Of a DNA stretch of 64,000 nucleotides, positions 39,846-49,472 are shown in pieces. Within the stretch, counting starts at the first letter, position 1, and each line of letters begins with the position of its first letter. This DNA is from an uncultured delta proteobacterium. GTDB lineage: Bacteria > Desulfobacterota > BSN033 > UBA1163. Below the pieces are notes generated by a model. It made no database searches, was not told the origin of the DNA, and saw only the letters and a list, made by a program, of their open reading frames with translations. Location of the stretch: assembly GCA_963827685.1 (NCBI GenBank), contig CAWHBU010000002.1:320001-384000 (forward strand), in the 5' to 3' direction. The position numbers and the translations under genes were made by a program.

Positions 39846-42725
39846 ATGGAGCAAAAAGCACCTCAAAGTGAACTGAAAAAGAATCTTGCTCCTACAAAGA
39901 CCCGATTATCGCGAACTCTTCATCCTTTGGCGGTAGTCGCCTTTTATTTAGTACTCTATCTCATTTTTTTCTCACCCGTTATCTTTTTTGGGCGATTATT
40001 GGCACCAGGGGATGCAAAAATTCAGAGCATCCCTGCATTCTACGCAGCACGTACGTTATGGACACCTCTTCTATCTTCTGGGTTTCCAGTAGCCGCTGAT
40101 CCAACCGTTCAGACATGGTATCCTCTCTCGATTTTATTTTCATCTGTCAACTCCTGGAATGCCTTTGTTATATCGGCATATGTTTTGTCCAGTTGTTTTG
40201 TATACGGGTATGTTTATTCCTTAAACCGGTCCAGGTTAGCGGGGTTTGTGGCTGGTATCGTTTATGGCATGAGTGCGTTTATGATGGCCCATCTTGGTCA
40301 TACCACGATGATCCATACCGCAGTATGGTTGCCACTCCTTATCTGGGCTTTAGAGAGATTGCGCCATAATGTTGCTGCCCATTGGTATGGAATCGGTGTC
40401 CTGTCGATCACAATGGGTGCCTTGGCTGGTCACCCGCAGATACTTGTTTATACCCTGGGTATTGGTACTGCCTATGTTACGATTCTCGGATGCTCAGGAC
40501 CGGTAAGGCCTTGGAAGTACTACGGCCTATTTTTGTCGGTTATGATTTTGGGCTTGGGTCTTGCTGCAATTCAGCTTCTTCCAACCGCAGAGCTTACAAG
40601 ATTGGGAATGCGGCATCAGATGAGCTTTGCAATGTTCAATGATTGTTCCCTGCACCCTTATCAGTCGATTGCTCTATTATTTCCTTATTTGTTGGGTGGC
40701 ATTCCAGGATCTATTTATGGACCCTATTTCGGCCCTTGTAATGTCCATGAGCTCAGTGGTTACATTGGTCTTCTACCACTCATATTAGCAGGTGTTGGTT
40801 TTCTGGCTTACCTTAAGAGGTCTATGGTATGGTTTTGGACAGTAGTTGGCCTAATTGGGTTCTTATTAACCCTTGGTGACGCTACACCACTTGCTAAACT
40901 TATGTATTATCTGCCTGCATACAATAAATTTCGCGTCCCATCTCGTCATTTTATGGAGGTGGCATTCGCTGTTTCTGTATTGGCAGGTTTTGGTGTGACT
41001 GCCATTCAGAACCAAACAATAATGAGACGCACAATCTTTAAAATTATCTTGGTCGATATGGGAGTTATGCTGATAGGTCTCTCTGTCATCTATATCTTTT
41101 CAAACAAATTACAAGGACTTGCAATTAGCAGCGGTATTGGGAAAACAGCACTCCAACCCTGGTCGAACCCAGCAATAGGATTACCATTGGTAATTTTCCT
41201 TGCTGTTAGTATTGCGTTGATCTTCTGGAGTAAACGACCATATAACTCTTTTCATCAGATATTCCTCCTATTCATTTTGGTAATAGATCTCGGCAGTTTT
41301 GGATGGTTTATTAGTTGGAAATATGCTTCACCAAGCAAGCAACTCTTGGAGCCTCCTGCTGTAGCCGAAAAATACAAAATGATACTAAATAAGCATAACC
41401 AACGTTTGCTCCCAATCCGGGGTGCATTGGGGAGCGTCTCAGAACTTCCTCCAAACATATCGAGGTTATGGGGAGTCCCCAGTGCCAGTGGCTGTGGTCC
41501 CCTACTCTTAAAAAGGATTATGGAGGTGCTCTCAACAGACCCTGCAGGAGTTATATATAGTTCATGGGATTCCGGATTCGACCGCAGTCTAGATATCATG
41601 TCGATAAGATACGTTCTAATACCAAAGCGTGAAGTGTATAAACCGATTGTTTTAGAGAGTAATGGGTTCTCTTGGCTTACAATTGATCTACCCTTCCAAA
41701 TGGGTCCTGGCTGTAACGCCCCACATTCTAATTCCATCGAAATTAACCTTCTTAGCCCTTTTAATGCCACAACTATTGGTATTGTGAGTGCGATGGCATG
41801 TTCTACAAATATAGCAAACAATGTCGAGGTTGTGCGCATAAGGATAACAGACAAATGTGGAAACTTTCATACTCAGAGTATTCTTGCTGGCCGTGACACA
41901 TCTGAATGGGCTTATGATTGCAGTAATGCCCGGTCGCGTATTCAGCACCAGCGGGCTCCCATTTTCAAAAGCTTTCCGAGTGGAGAAGATTCCTCTGGTT
42001 CTTGCGAGGGGCATCACTATTTGTCGGTCCATCATCTTGGTAAAAGGATTGACGTCAAGAATTTAGAACTTCTATGGGTCGGGCCTGCCGGATTAATTGC
42101 TATCAAGAAAATTAGTCTGCTCGATGAGCAGACAGGTCTCTCTTATCCTGTCTTAGCCCCGGGCAGTTCATTATTAGATAACACCCGCTGGCACCGTGTC
42201 GAGGATATGGGGGAGGTAAGTGCATATGAAAACAAACACGCAATGCCAAGGGTCTGGCTGGTACCAGAAGTGGTGAGCACAAAACCAGAGGAAATATATC
42301 ATGCCATTAAATCATCACAGGTACCAGACGGACGTAATTACGATCCCTATCAGATAGCTCTTGTGGAAGAACCTTTTACCTTCAAAACCAAAAATTTGGA
42401 TAAAAGTGCAACCGCACAAGTAGTACATTTGGAAGATACAAAAATAGAAGTCCTTACGAATTCCACATCACCGTCCTTTTTGGTTTTAAGCGATGTATAT
42501 TATCCGGGTTGGAAAGCTACTATCGATGGAATTGAGACGCATCTATTCAAGACAAACTATGTACTCCGTGGAATCATGGTGCCGGCGGGTGGGCATATGG
42601 TGCGCTTTGAGTTTAGACCGAAGAGTTTCTATCTTGGAGCGGGGATAAGCGCAATATCTTTGTTTTTACTTGGATTGCTCTTTTTTAGGTTTCCGAAAAA
42701 GTGGAGAATCATACCGAATGATTGA
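39846..42725 (+). CDS. YfhO-family GT-C membrane glycosyltransferase
   Basis: Many TMs, GHPQ, AIQLLP; C-terminal LVLSDVYYPGWKATIDG..GGHMVRFEFRP. Confidence 0.85.
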   Translation: MEQKAPQSELKKNLAPTKTRLSRTLHPLAVVAFYLVLYLIFFSPVIFFGRLLAPGDAKIQSIPAFYAARTLWTPLLSSGFPVAADPTVQTWYPLSILFSSVNSWNAFVISAYVLSSCFVYGYVYSLNRSRLAGFVAGIVYGMSAFMMAHLGHTTMIHTAVWLPLLIWALERLRHNVAAHWYGIGVLSITMGALAGHPQILVYTLGIGTAYVTILGCSGPVRPWKYYGLFLSVMILGLGLAAIQLLPTAELTRLGMRHQMSFAMFNDCSLHPYQSIALLFPYLLGGIPGSIYGPYFGPCNVHELSGYIGLLPLILAGVGFLAYLKRSMVWFWTVVGLIGFLLTLGDATPLAKLMYYLPAYNKFRVPSRHFMEVAFAVSVLAGFGVTAIQNQTIMRRTIFKIILVDMGVMLIGLSVIYIFSNKLQGLAISSGIGKTALQPWSNPAIGLPLVIFLAVSIALIFWSKRPYNSFHQIFLLFILVIDLGSFGWFISWKYASPSKQLLEPPAVAEKYKMILNKHNQRLLPIRGALGSVSELPPNISRLWGVPSASGCGPLLLKRIMEVLSTDPAGVIYSSWDSGFDRSLDIMSIRYVLIPKREVYKPIVLESNGFSWLTIDLPFQMGPGCNAPHSNSIEINLLSPFNATTIGIVSAMACSTNIANNVEVVRIRITDKCGNFHTQSILAGRDTSEWAYDCSNARSRIQHQRAPIFKSFPSGEDSSGSCEGHHYLSVHHLGKRIDVKNLELLWVGPAGLIAIKKISLLDEQTGLSYPVLAPGSSLLDNTRWHRVEDMGEVSAYENKHAMPRVWLVPEVVSTKPEEIYHAIKSSQVPDGRNYDPYQIALVEEPFTFKTKNLDKSATAQVVHLEDTKIEVLTNSTSPSFLVLSDVYYPGWKATIDGIETHLFKTNYVLRGIMVPAGGHMVRFEFRPKSFYLGAGISAISLFLLGLLFFRFPKKWRIIPND

Positions 42726-43563
42726 CAATGCAGAAATAGAATATACCTCATGTCCTTTATGCCACAGAGAGGAACAGGATATAGCCTATAAGTTTGATCC
42801 ATACGCAGTAGCACATTGCCGTTCGTGTGGCTTTTACTATCTCTCGCCCCGTTTGACAGAGGCAGCTATGCTGAATATGTATAGAAATGATGACTATTTT
42901 GAAGGCAAAGGAGTCGGCTATGAAAGATACAACGAACAGGAGTCGTCTCTCCGAGCCACCTTCCGCCGCCTTATGATCAATCTTGAGAAACGCAACCTAA
43001 CCGGAGGAGTTCTGTTGGAAGTAGGTTGCGGTTACGGTTATCTTTTAGAGGAAGCAAGAGGCTTTTTTGATACCCGTATAGGAACTGAATACTCCCGTCA
43101 GGCCATTGCACAAGCTTCCAAAAGAGCGGACCGCACCTACGAAGGAGGTATTGATCAGATTCCTGCCAATGATAGATTTGACTGTATTTTTACGATCCAA
43201 GTCATCGAACATATCTATCAACCCAGATCCTTTCTGGAAAGTTTATGTAGACATCTCAACCCCGGAGGGAGAATGGTCATTGTCACCCCTGACATAGGCT
43301 GTTTCTGGCGACGCTTGATGGGACATCGTTGGCCAGCTTTTAAGATACCGGAACATGTTCTTTATTTCAACAAGTGGTCGTTGTATAAACTGCTGCGGGA
43401 AGTTGGGATGGTGGGCATAAGATCCTTGCCTTATCCACATGCCTTTCCTCTCTCTTTGCTTGCCGCAAAATTGAATATCTCATTGCCTTCAATATTAGGT
43501 AGATTTATCTTGTGGATCCCTGCAGCCACACTTGCAATGGTTGGAGTCTCTCCTGATGAATGA
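42718..43563 (+). CDS. Class I SAM methyltransferase with N-terminal CxxC..CxxC
   Basis: CPLC, CRSC, LEVGCGYG, VIEHI. Confidence 0.85.
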   Translation: MIDNAEIEYTSCPLCHREEQDIAYKFDPYAVAHCRSCGFYYLSPRLTEAAMLNMYRNDDYFEGKGVGYERYNEQESSLRATFRRLMINLEKRNLTGGVLLEVGCGYGYLLEEARGFFDTRIGTEYSRQAIAQASKRADRTYEGGIDQIPANDRFDCIFTIQVIEHIYQPRSFLESLCRHLNPGGRMVIVTPDIGCFWRRLMGHRWPAFKIPEHVLYFNKWSLYKLLREVGMVGIRSLPYPHAFPLSLLAAKLNISLPSILGRFILWIPAATLAMVGVSPDE

Positions 43564-44506
43564 ATCTTTGCTCAGTAAACCCGCTCTTTCTATTGTCATC
43601 CCTCTTTATCGAGAGGGGTCTGTCTTGAAAACAGTACTATCGACCATTCAAAGAAACCTGGAATCTGTAAATGAGTCATATGAATTGATACTCGTGGATG
43701 ACGGTTCACCGGACGACACTTGGGCTGTGATCGAGGAGGAGTCAAAAAACTACCCGATGCTTCGGGCAGTCCGCTTAAGTAGAAATTTTGGCAAGGAGTC
43801 TGCCTTATGTGCTGGCCTCGATGTGGCAAGAGGAAGTGCTGTCATTCTAATAGATGGCGATTTGCAACATCCTCCAGAGCTTATCCCGGAGATGGTCCGT
43901 CTGTGGAAGGAGGGATTTCGGGTGGTGGAAGGGGTGAAGGCAAACCGTGGGCAGGAACCCTTGACCAACCGATTAGGCGCAACATTCTTCTATTGGATCA
44001 TGAACCGGTTGGTTGGGTTTCCCCTCCGCTCTTCATCCGATTTTAAATTATTGGATCGGACAGTGGTAGAAGCCCTTAAGACCATGGGAGAAAGAAGTCG
44101 CCTATTTCGAGGAATGGTGCCCTGGCTTGGTTTCCGCCGTGCAACCCTTCCATTCTCAGTGGCTAAAAGGTTAAGTGGAACTTCTCACTGGTCAAGAAGG
44201 AAACTACTTCGCCTTGCTGTGAATATCATCACTTCTTTCTCTTTCCTTCCCCTTCATCTCGTGACGGTTATGGGAGTTTTCACTCTTTGCTTTAGCCTTC
44301 TCATTGGCATTCACACCCTTTACCTTAAATGGATTGGTAAAGCCGTAAGTGGATTTACTACCGTGATTTTGCTCCTTCTCCTCATGAACGGAGTGCTCAT
44401 GATCAGTTTGGGTATTATCGGAGAATATATGGCACGCATCTATGAGGAAGCGAAAAGACGGCCCCTTTATGTCATAGAAAAGACATTAGAATCTGGTTGT
44501 TCATGA
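43556..44506 (+). CDS. GtrB/ArnC-like polyprenol-phosphate glycosyltransferase (GT2)
   Basis: DDGSPD, LSRNFGKE, DGDLQHPP, two C-terminal TMs, GEY..RIYEE.K.RP. Confidence 0.9.
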   Translation: MNESLLSKPALSIVIPLYREGSVLKTVLSTIQRNLESVNESYELILVDDGSPDDTWAVIEEESKNYPMLRAVRLSRNFGKESALCAGLDVARGSAVILIDGDLQHPPELIPEMVRLWKEGFRVVEGVKANRGQEPLTNRLGATFFYWIMNRLVGFPLRSSSDFKLLDRTVVEALKTMGERSRLFRGMVPWLGFRRATLPFSVAKRLSGTSHWSRRKLLRLAVNIITSFSFLPLHLVTVMGVFTLCFSLLIGIHTLYLKWIGKAVSGFTTVILLLLLMNGVLMISLGIIGEYMARIYEEAKRRPLYVIEKTLESGCS

Positions 44507-44559
44507 CCGTCTATTTATTTCCATAATTTCAAATAGCGGAATTCATTAAAATATATGCC

Positions 44560-45435
44560 ATGGAAAACATCTTTCACTGTGATGATATCGGGGCAACCTC
44601 TTCTATGACCAAACGGATTCTTGAGGCGTGGAAAGCCGGGCTCCTCAATGGTTTTAGCATCTTAGCCAATGGCGATGCCACTTCGGAAGTGCGTCTCGGG
44701 CTTTTATCAGACCCAGATCGAGACGCACGTATTTCGGTCCACTTGAACCTTTGTGAAGGCAAATCTCTCATCGAACCTCGTGATATACCCCTCCTCGCCG
44801 ATAGCCATGGAAACCTAAACCAAGGCTTCGTCAGGTTGCTAATTTTGTGGTTTACCAGTTCGAAGATGAAGAAGAACGCTCTACTGCGACAAATAGAAAA
44901 AGAATGGCGCGCCCAAATCACTGAGGTTAAGAGAATCTGCAGCCCCCGTAAGATCACGGCTATCGACAGTCACATGCACATTCACATGATCCCTTTCCTT
45001 TTTCCTGTTGCAGCCAGGTTGGCAAAGGGACAAGACATTCCCGAAATCAGGATATCATACGAAGTTTTCTACTTTTCATCCAGTCTCGTCGAAAGCCTAT
45101 CCTTGCCCTTCCTTGTAAACGTCATCAAGCATTTGGTCCTACGGGAATGCTCGCGGTTTGCACGCCGTTTTGCAAAAGAACATGGATTGACGGGCCCAGA
45201 ATCTCTCATCGGTATTCTATACACGGGAAGGATGACCCGTACGGCTGCGAAGTCAGGTATCGCGGCAGCGATGCGCAAAGGCCTTCAGATGGTAGAAATT
45301 CTCTTCCACATTGGGCGAGCCTCTGACAGGGAATCCGGCCGTTGGGGACACTGTCGACGTCGAGGAACCTTCTCCTTGAGTGAACGACGCGACAGGGAGT
45401 ATTTCGAATTGATGGCTTTGAGGAAGGAGATGTGA
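44560..45435 (+). CDS. YdjC/ChbG-family carbohydrate deacetylase
   Basis: HCDDIG, VHLNL, IDSHMHIH, EILFH. Confidence 0.85.
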   Translation: MENIFHCDDIGATSSMTKRILEAWKAGLLNGFSILANGDATSEVRLGLLSDPDRDARISVHLNLCEGKSLIEPRDIPLLADSHGNLNQGFVRLLILWFTSSKMKKNALLRQIEKEWRAQITEVKRICSPRKITAIDSHMHIHMIPFLFPVAARLAKGQDIPEIRISYEVFYFSSSLVESLSLPFLVNVIKHLVLRECSRFARRFAKEHGLTGPESLIGILYTGRMTRTAAKSGIAAAMRKGLQMVEILFHIGRASDRESGRWGHCRRRGTFSLSERRDREYFELMALRKEM

Positions 45436-46409
45436 TGGTATCGGTCGAGGTGTTGGATCCTAATAGCCTGGACTATGAAGCCTACTCGAATCTGCAGAAG
45501 GAGGCTTTTTCAGAGCTATTGTCGAGATCGAGTGTTTGCGATGCTTTCATGACACCCCAGTATTATCAATGGAAATATCGTCCCCCTGAAGGTTCTGCCA
45601 AGGTCGCGGTCGTTCTGGAAAGTGGAAGAATCGTAGCGGCAAACGGCATGTTTCCTCTTCGTATTCGATATAGAGATTTTTCTATCAGGGGTTGGCAGTC
45701 TTGTGACACAGCCACTTTGCCCGGTGCACGAGGAAAGGGCTACTTCATGAGATGTCTAAAGGCACTGGAAAAGGAATTGGGGGCGAAGGAGATATTCTTC
45801 GGTTTCCCGAACCAGAACTCTTTGTCTGGATTTATAAAGCTGGGCTGGCGAGAGAGGGGAGTAGTTACGACCTGGGTTAACCCTTTCCCTTTCAAAGGGA
45901 GACGAGCATCGGTGAATATCACAGAGGTGGACCGCTTTGATCATAGGCAGGACTCATTGGCTGAACAGTTCACTCACTTGGATGGACCAATGTTGGATCG
46001 GGGTTCAGCTTACATGAACTGGCGCTATCATGACCATCCAATTTACAAATACGCCTCCTTTGTTTATCAGAATGATGGAAATTGGCAGGGTTTCGCGGTG
46101 GCACGAAGAGTTCAAGCAATGAGAAGGGACGCTGCCCTTATCATGGAGTTGTGGGGATTGTGTCCTGAGGTTTCACGCTCTTTACAAAGACACGTAGTCG
46201 GCTGGGCCAGAGAGCAAGGTCTCAAAATGGTAGTCTTGCTGGATAATAGCCTTGCTCCTGGAAATGCTTTGAGGGTAGGCTTCTTCCCTATACCTTCGCA
46301 GTTCCTACCCAAGAGACTTAGGTTAATGGGTTATGCTACAGGTGGAGAGGCAGAAACGATAATGGAGAGAAAGTGGAGGGTGCAGGCTGGAGATTGGGAT
46401 ACCTTCTGA
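45432..46409 (+). CDS. GNAT-family N-acyltransferase
   Basis: DTATLPGARGKG, FGFPN..S..GF.KLGW, YMNWRY. Confidence 0.75.
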   Translation: MMVSVEVLDPNSLDYEAYSNLQKEAFSELLSRSSVCDAFMTPQYYQWKYRPPEGSAKVAVVLESGRIVAANGMFPLRIRYRDFSIRGWQSCDTATLPGARGKGYFMRCLKALEKELGAKEIFFGFPNQNSLSGFIKLGWRERGVVTTWVNPFPFKGRRASVNITEVDRFDHRQDSLAEQFTHLDGPMLDRGSAYMNWRYHDHPIYKYASFVYQNDGNWQGFAVARRVQAMRRDAALIMELWGLCPEVSRSLQRHVVGWAREQGLKMVVLLDNSLAPGNALRVGFFPIPSQFLPKRLRLMGYATGGEAETIMERKWRVQAGDWDTF

Positions 46410-46657
46410 TATGTCAAAGTAAAATGCAAGGGCTAGAAATAACGATTGTTGGTTTGGCACAAATTTCTTTATTTGGTTAGATTTTAATTATTATGGTAGA
46501 AATTGATTATATCATAACAAAGAGATTATGATTTTCTGGGTAACAGTACTCGCTTTTTACTCCATGTTTTACTGTAAATGTTTATGTAGGCTTACATAGA
46601 AAGAAGAGGCTATTGGAGATTATTTTCCGAGTTTTTTGCCAAGGAAGGATGCACAAG

Positions 46658-47026
46658 ATGTGGTTCATTTTCTTAGTCCTTCTTTATCTCTTATTGAGTG
46701 CCACTGGCTTGATATTGATCAAACTTGGCTTTAATCAATTCAGCTTTGAAACTTATCACTTGGAAGAATATAGACGATTTTTAAAATATGCCTGTCACCA
46801 TCCTGAGATTATCCTTGGTTTACTCTTATATATTTTCAGCTTTCTATCCTGGCTCATCCTCCTGTCTAAGAAACAACTAACCTATATCTTCCCAATTGTT
46901 ACCGGTTTGGGTTATGCCAGCATTATTATCGCATCCGTTCTCTTTCTAAAGGAGGAGATCAATTTATTCAAAATCATTGGAATCATTCTTATTGGTGCGG
47001 GTATTCTATTCGTTATTAAAGTCTAA
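46658..47026 (+). CDS. Small 4-TM EamA/SMR (ArnE/F-like) membrane protein, candidate flippase
   Basis: LSWL.LLSK..L.YIFP, FLKEEI...KIIG. Confidence 0.7.
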   Translation: MWFIFLVLLYLLLSATGLILIKLGFNQFSFETYHLEEYRRFLKYACHHPEIILGLLLYIFSFLSWLILLSKKQLTYIFPIVTGLGYASIIIASVLFLKEEINLFKIIGIILIGAGILFVIKV

Positions 47027-47034
47027 GCAAAAAT

Positions 47035-47194
47035 ATTTGAAATTTTTCTTACCTAAAATCCCTCCCCTTTGACGGGGGAGGGTAAGGGTAGGGATGGATA
47101 ACAAATAAGGTTCCCCCTCCCCTTCCTCCCCTCCCACCAAGGGAGGGGGAGGTTTTGGGGGATATTTTCAAATGTTAGAAGAAAATTCTCAAAT
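47035..47194. repeat. Inverted REP doublet (CCCTCCCC..GGGGAGGG type) inside outer imperfect inverted repeats
   Basis: CCCTCCCCTTTGACGGGGGAGGG and CCCCTCCCACCAAGGGAGGGG; outer ATTTGAAATTTTTCTT / AAGAAAATTCTCAAAT. Confidence 0.6.
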
Positions 47195-47452
47195 CTTATA
47201 TGTAAGAATATAAAGACAGAGTTTGCTTATGAAAAAGGGGGCGGTTCGCGAAAAAGGGGACTCCAAAAAAGGGGACAGTCCCCCGCCCCCTTTGCCTTTT
47301 TTTCTTGTGCATAACTTTAATAAAGCAAATAGTATGCGATCAGTTCAAAATATTCTCTCCACGAAATCCAAAATTTCATTGAAAAATAATATTTATTCGG
47401 ATATTATTTACAATAAATTTCTTCTGAATTCTTTCTTTTAGGAGGTGCTGAA

Positions 47453-47884
47453 ATGGTAAAAAAAGGGTTTATATCATTGGTTCTCTTTCACCTTGTGATC
47501 CTCTTTACGGCAGCAGGGATTTCCAATGCCCAGCCCAAAATCTCAAATTTCGATATCTCTCCCAAGGAGATCGGATATAACACAGAAGTCACCATCTCTT
47601 TCGATTATGAAAATGTGGAGGGGGGGCTGAAGGAGGCAAAGGTACTGCTCATCCAGAAGATTCAACTTCCAGGTGAAGAAAAGGTGGTTACGAGGACTTC
47701 GAACTGGCAGGCACACCTGACGGATCTATCCGCTTACCCTTCAGCGTTCGGGAGGTTTGAGAAGAAGTTTGTCAATGCAGAGCGTTGGAGGGGGCCAAAG
47801 ATAGAGCTTACCTATGAAATCAAAGTGGTCGATAGAAATAACAAGGAAAGTAATACCCTGAGCACAAAAATAACGCCAAAATGA
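47453..47884 (+). CDS. Secreted hypothetical protein
   Basis: AGGAGG RBS, signal peptide ending SNA-QP. Confidence 0.7.
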   Translation: MVKKGFISLVLFHLVILFTAAGISNAQPKISNFDISPKEIGYNTEVTISFDYENVEGGLKEAKVLLIQKIQLPGEEKVVTRTSNWQAHLTDLSAYPSAFGRFEKKFVNAERWRGPKIELTYEIKVVDRNNKESNTLSTKITPK

Positions 47885-47918
47885 AAGGGGGTAAACATTT
47901 AAGTTTCACCCCCTTTTT
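47884..47918. terminator. Intrinsic terminator between convergent genes
   Basis: AAAGGGGGTAAAC..GTTTCACCCCCTTTTT. Confidence 0.6.
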
Positions 47919-47954
47919 GAGTTGAATTCAGTAAGGAATCAAATTGTTTCTAAC

Positions 47955-48422
47955 TTATTTGTGTTTGGTATTGCTAGCTGCTTCTCCCGCCCTGGCGGCA
48001 GGAAGAAATTGTGCCTGAGAGCCTGACGTTCCACCCAACCCGGGCTTGCCCGTATTGCCCACTACCTGCTCTCCAGACGGAACTAATTCATAACCATCCC
48101 TCAGCGCCTGGGCCTCCCTCGTACTTGCTGGGGTTTCGGCCTTTGCGGCAGGAAGAAATTGTGCCTGAGAGCCTGACGTTCCACCCAACCCGGGCTTGCC
48201 CGTATTGCCCACTACCTGCTCTCCAGACGGAACTAATTCATAACCATCCCTCAGCGCCTGGGCCTCCTTCGTACTTGCTGGGGTTTCAGCCTTTGCAGCA
48301 GGAGAAAGTTGTGGCTGAGAGCCTGACGGTCCGCTGCCCATCTCCTGGGCGCTGGCTCCGGCGATGAGAACAAGAAATATTAAGAGAGGAAGAAAGACAC
48401 TTCTAAACCCTTTTGTTTTCAT
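47955..48422 (-). CDS. Secreted low-complexity protein with 50-aa tandem duplication
   Basis: GGAGG RBS, signal peptide ASA-QE, 150-bp near-perfect repeat. Confidence 0.7.
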   Translation of the reverse strand: MKTKGFRSVFLPLLIFLVLIAGASAQEMGSGPSGSQPQLSPAAKAETPASTKEAQALRDGYELVPSGEQVVGNTGKPGLGGTSGSQAQFLPAAKAETPASTREAQALRDGYELVPSGEQVVGNTGKPGLGGTSGSQAQFLPAARAGEAASNTKHK

Positions 48423-48440
48423 AAGAACCTCCCCTGCCCA

Positions 48441-49208
48441 TCAATAGGAATATGGATAATATACTAAGCTTATACTGGCATTATAAACCCGAACGGATCC
48501 GCCGCTGTAGTCATATCCCTGTCCGGTAAGATAAATAGGTGTGTCAACACTTGCTGAACAACTAAACCACCGTGTTGTCGCGAAGGGAAAAGATATTTGT
48601 CCCGCTACTACGCTTGGCACATCCGTAAAAGACCACGCAACTTGGTCTCCCCCGGATGTCGTGGATAGATAAATTCGGGAATAGGCAGTATTTCCCGCAA
48701 CCTTATTATAATGGTTTACACTTCCGGATCCAGTAGCCTGAATAAAACCAGCCGTAGGACAATAACAACTAGCACTTTTGAGATTGGCGATCGTCGTATC
48801 CAATGTAACATATGACGTCATATCTACCGAGTTATACGCACTAAAATTCGAGTTAAGACCCCCTCCTGTCGCTGCAACAGGTGAGGGCGTCGAACCTCCA
48901 ATTTGAGCCCAGTCGTTATTGTAAGAACCATCTGCATTGAATGAACTCCTCCATATAGTATTAGCTGAAGAAACGCCGTAGAGATAATATCTTTGTGTAT
49001 CCTCATCCCAGATTAAAGTGGGTTGTGAGGCAAAAGTACCGGATATCGATGTCCATGCGGAACAAGAAGTCCCGTTACAGGTCATTGCCCATAGAGTGCT
49101 ATTTGACGCACGGACAACCACCAAATGGCTTGGATCTGCAAAGCCAATCGAAACGCCTAAAAGGATCAAGGAAAGGCACAAAAAAAATGCTAACACTATT
49201 TTCTTCAT
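48441..49208 (-). CDS. Secreted protein with two propeller-blade-like repeats plus a beta-sandwich
   Basis: Signal peptide; VVRASNSTLW and SFNADGSYNNDW..GSTPSP resemble the repeats of the upstream protease. Confidence 0.7.
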   Translation of the reverse strand: MKKIVLAFFLCLSLILLGVSIGFADPSHLVVVRASNSTLWAMTCNGTSCSAWTSISGTFASQPTLIWDEDTQRYYLYGVSSANTIWRSSFNADGSYNNDWAQIGGSTPSPVAATGGGLNSNFSAYNSVDMTSYVTLDTTIANLKSASCYCPTAGFIQATGSGSVNHYNKVAGNTAYSRIYLSTTSGGDQVAWSFTDVPSVVAGQISFPFATTRWFSCSASVDTPIYLTGQGYDYSGGSVRVYNASISLVYYPYSY

Positions 49209-49472
49209 AATTAGGTCCTCCTCTTTGAGTCAATTTTTCGCTATTCGTAAATCAATCTTCTTTTCTGCCTTGCGACATTAAGCAGATCATACAATTTGAC
49301 CCCTGTAACCCCTTTCACCTCCTTCTTATCAAATTAGAGTTGTGACAATCTTATAGGGAAAGTTTTAGTTTGTCAATAAAAATAATTGTGTCTGTGTGTG
49401 TCGAGGATCACGGTTCTATCAACTCAAATCTAAAGCAGGATGTCCTCGACAGATTGATGAAGGGGTTTGATT

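Noticed and set aside
46455-46475. TGGCACA as a sigma-54 promoter (also near 38705)
   Set aside because: No TTGC at the -12 position.
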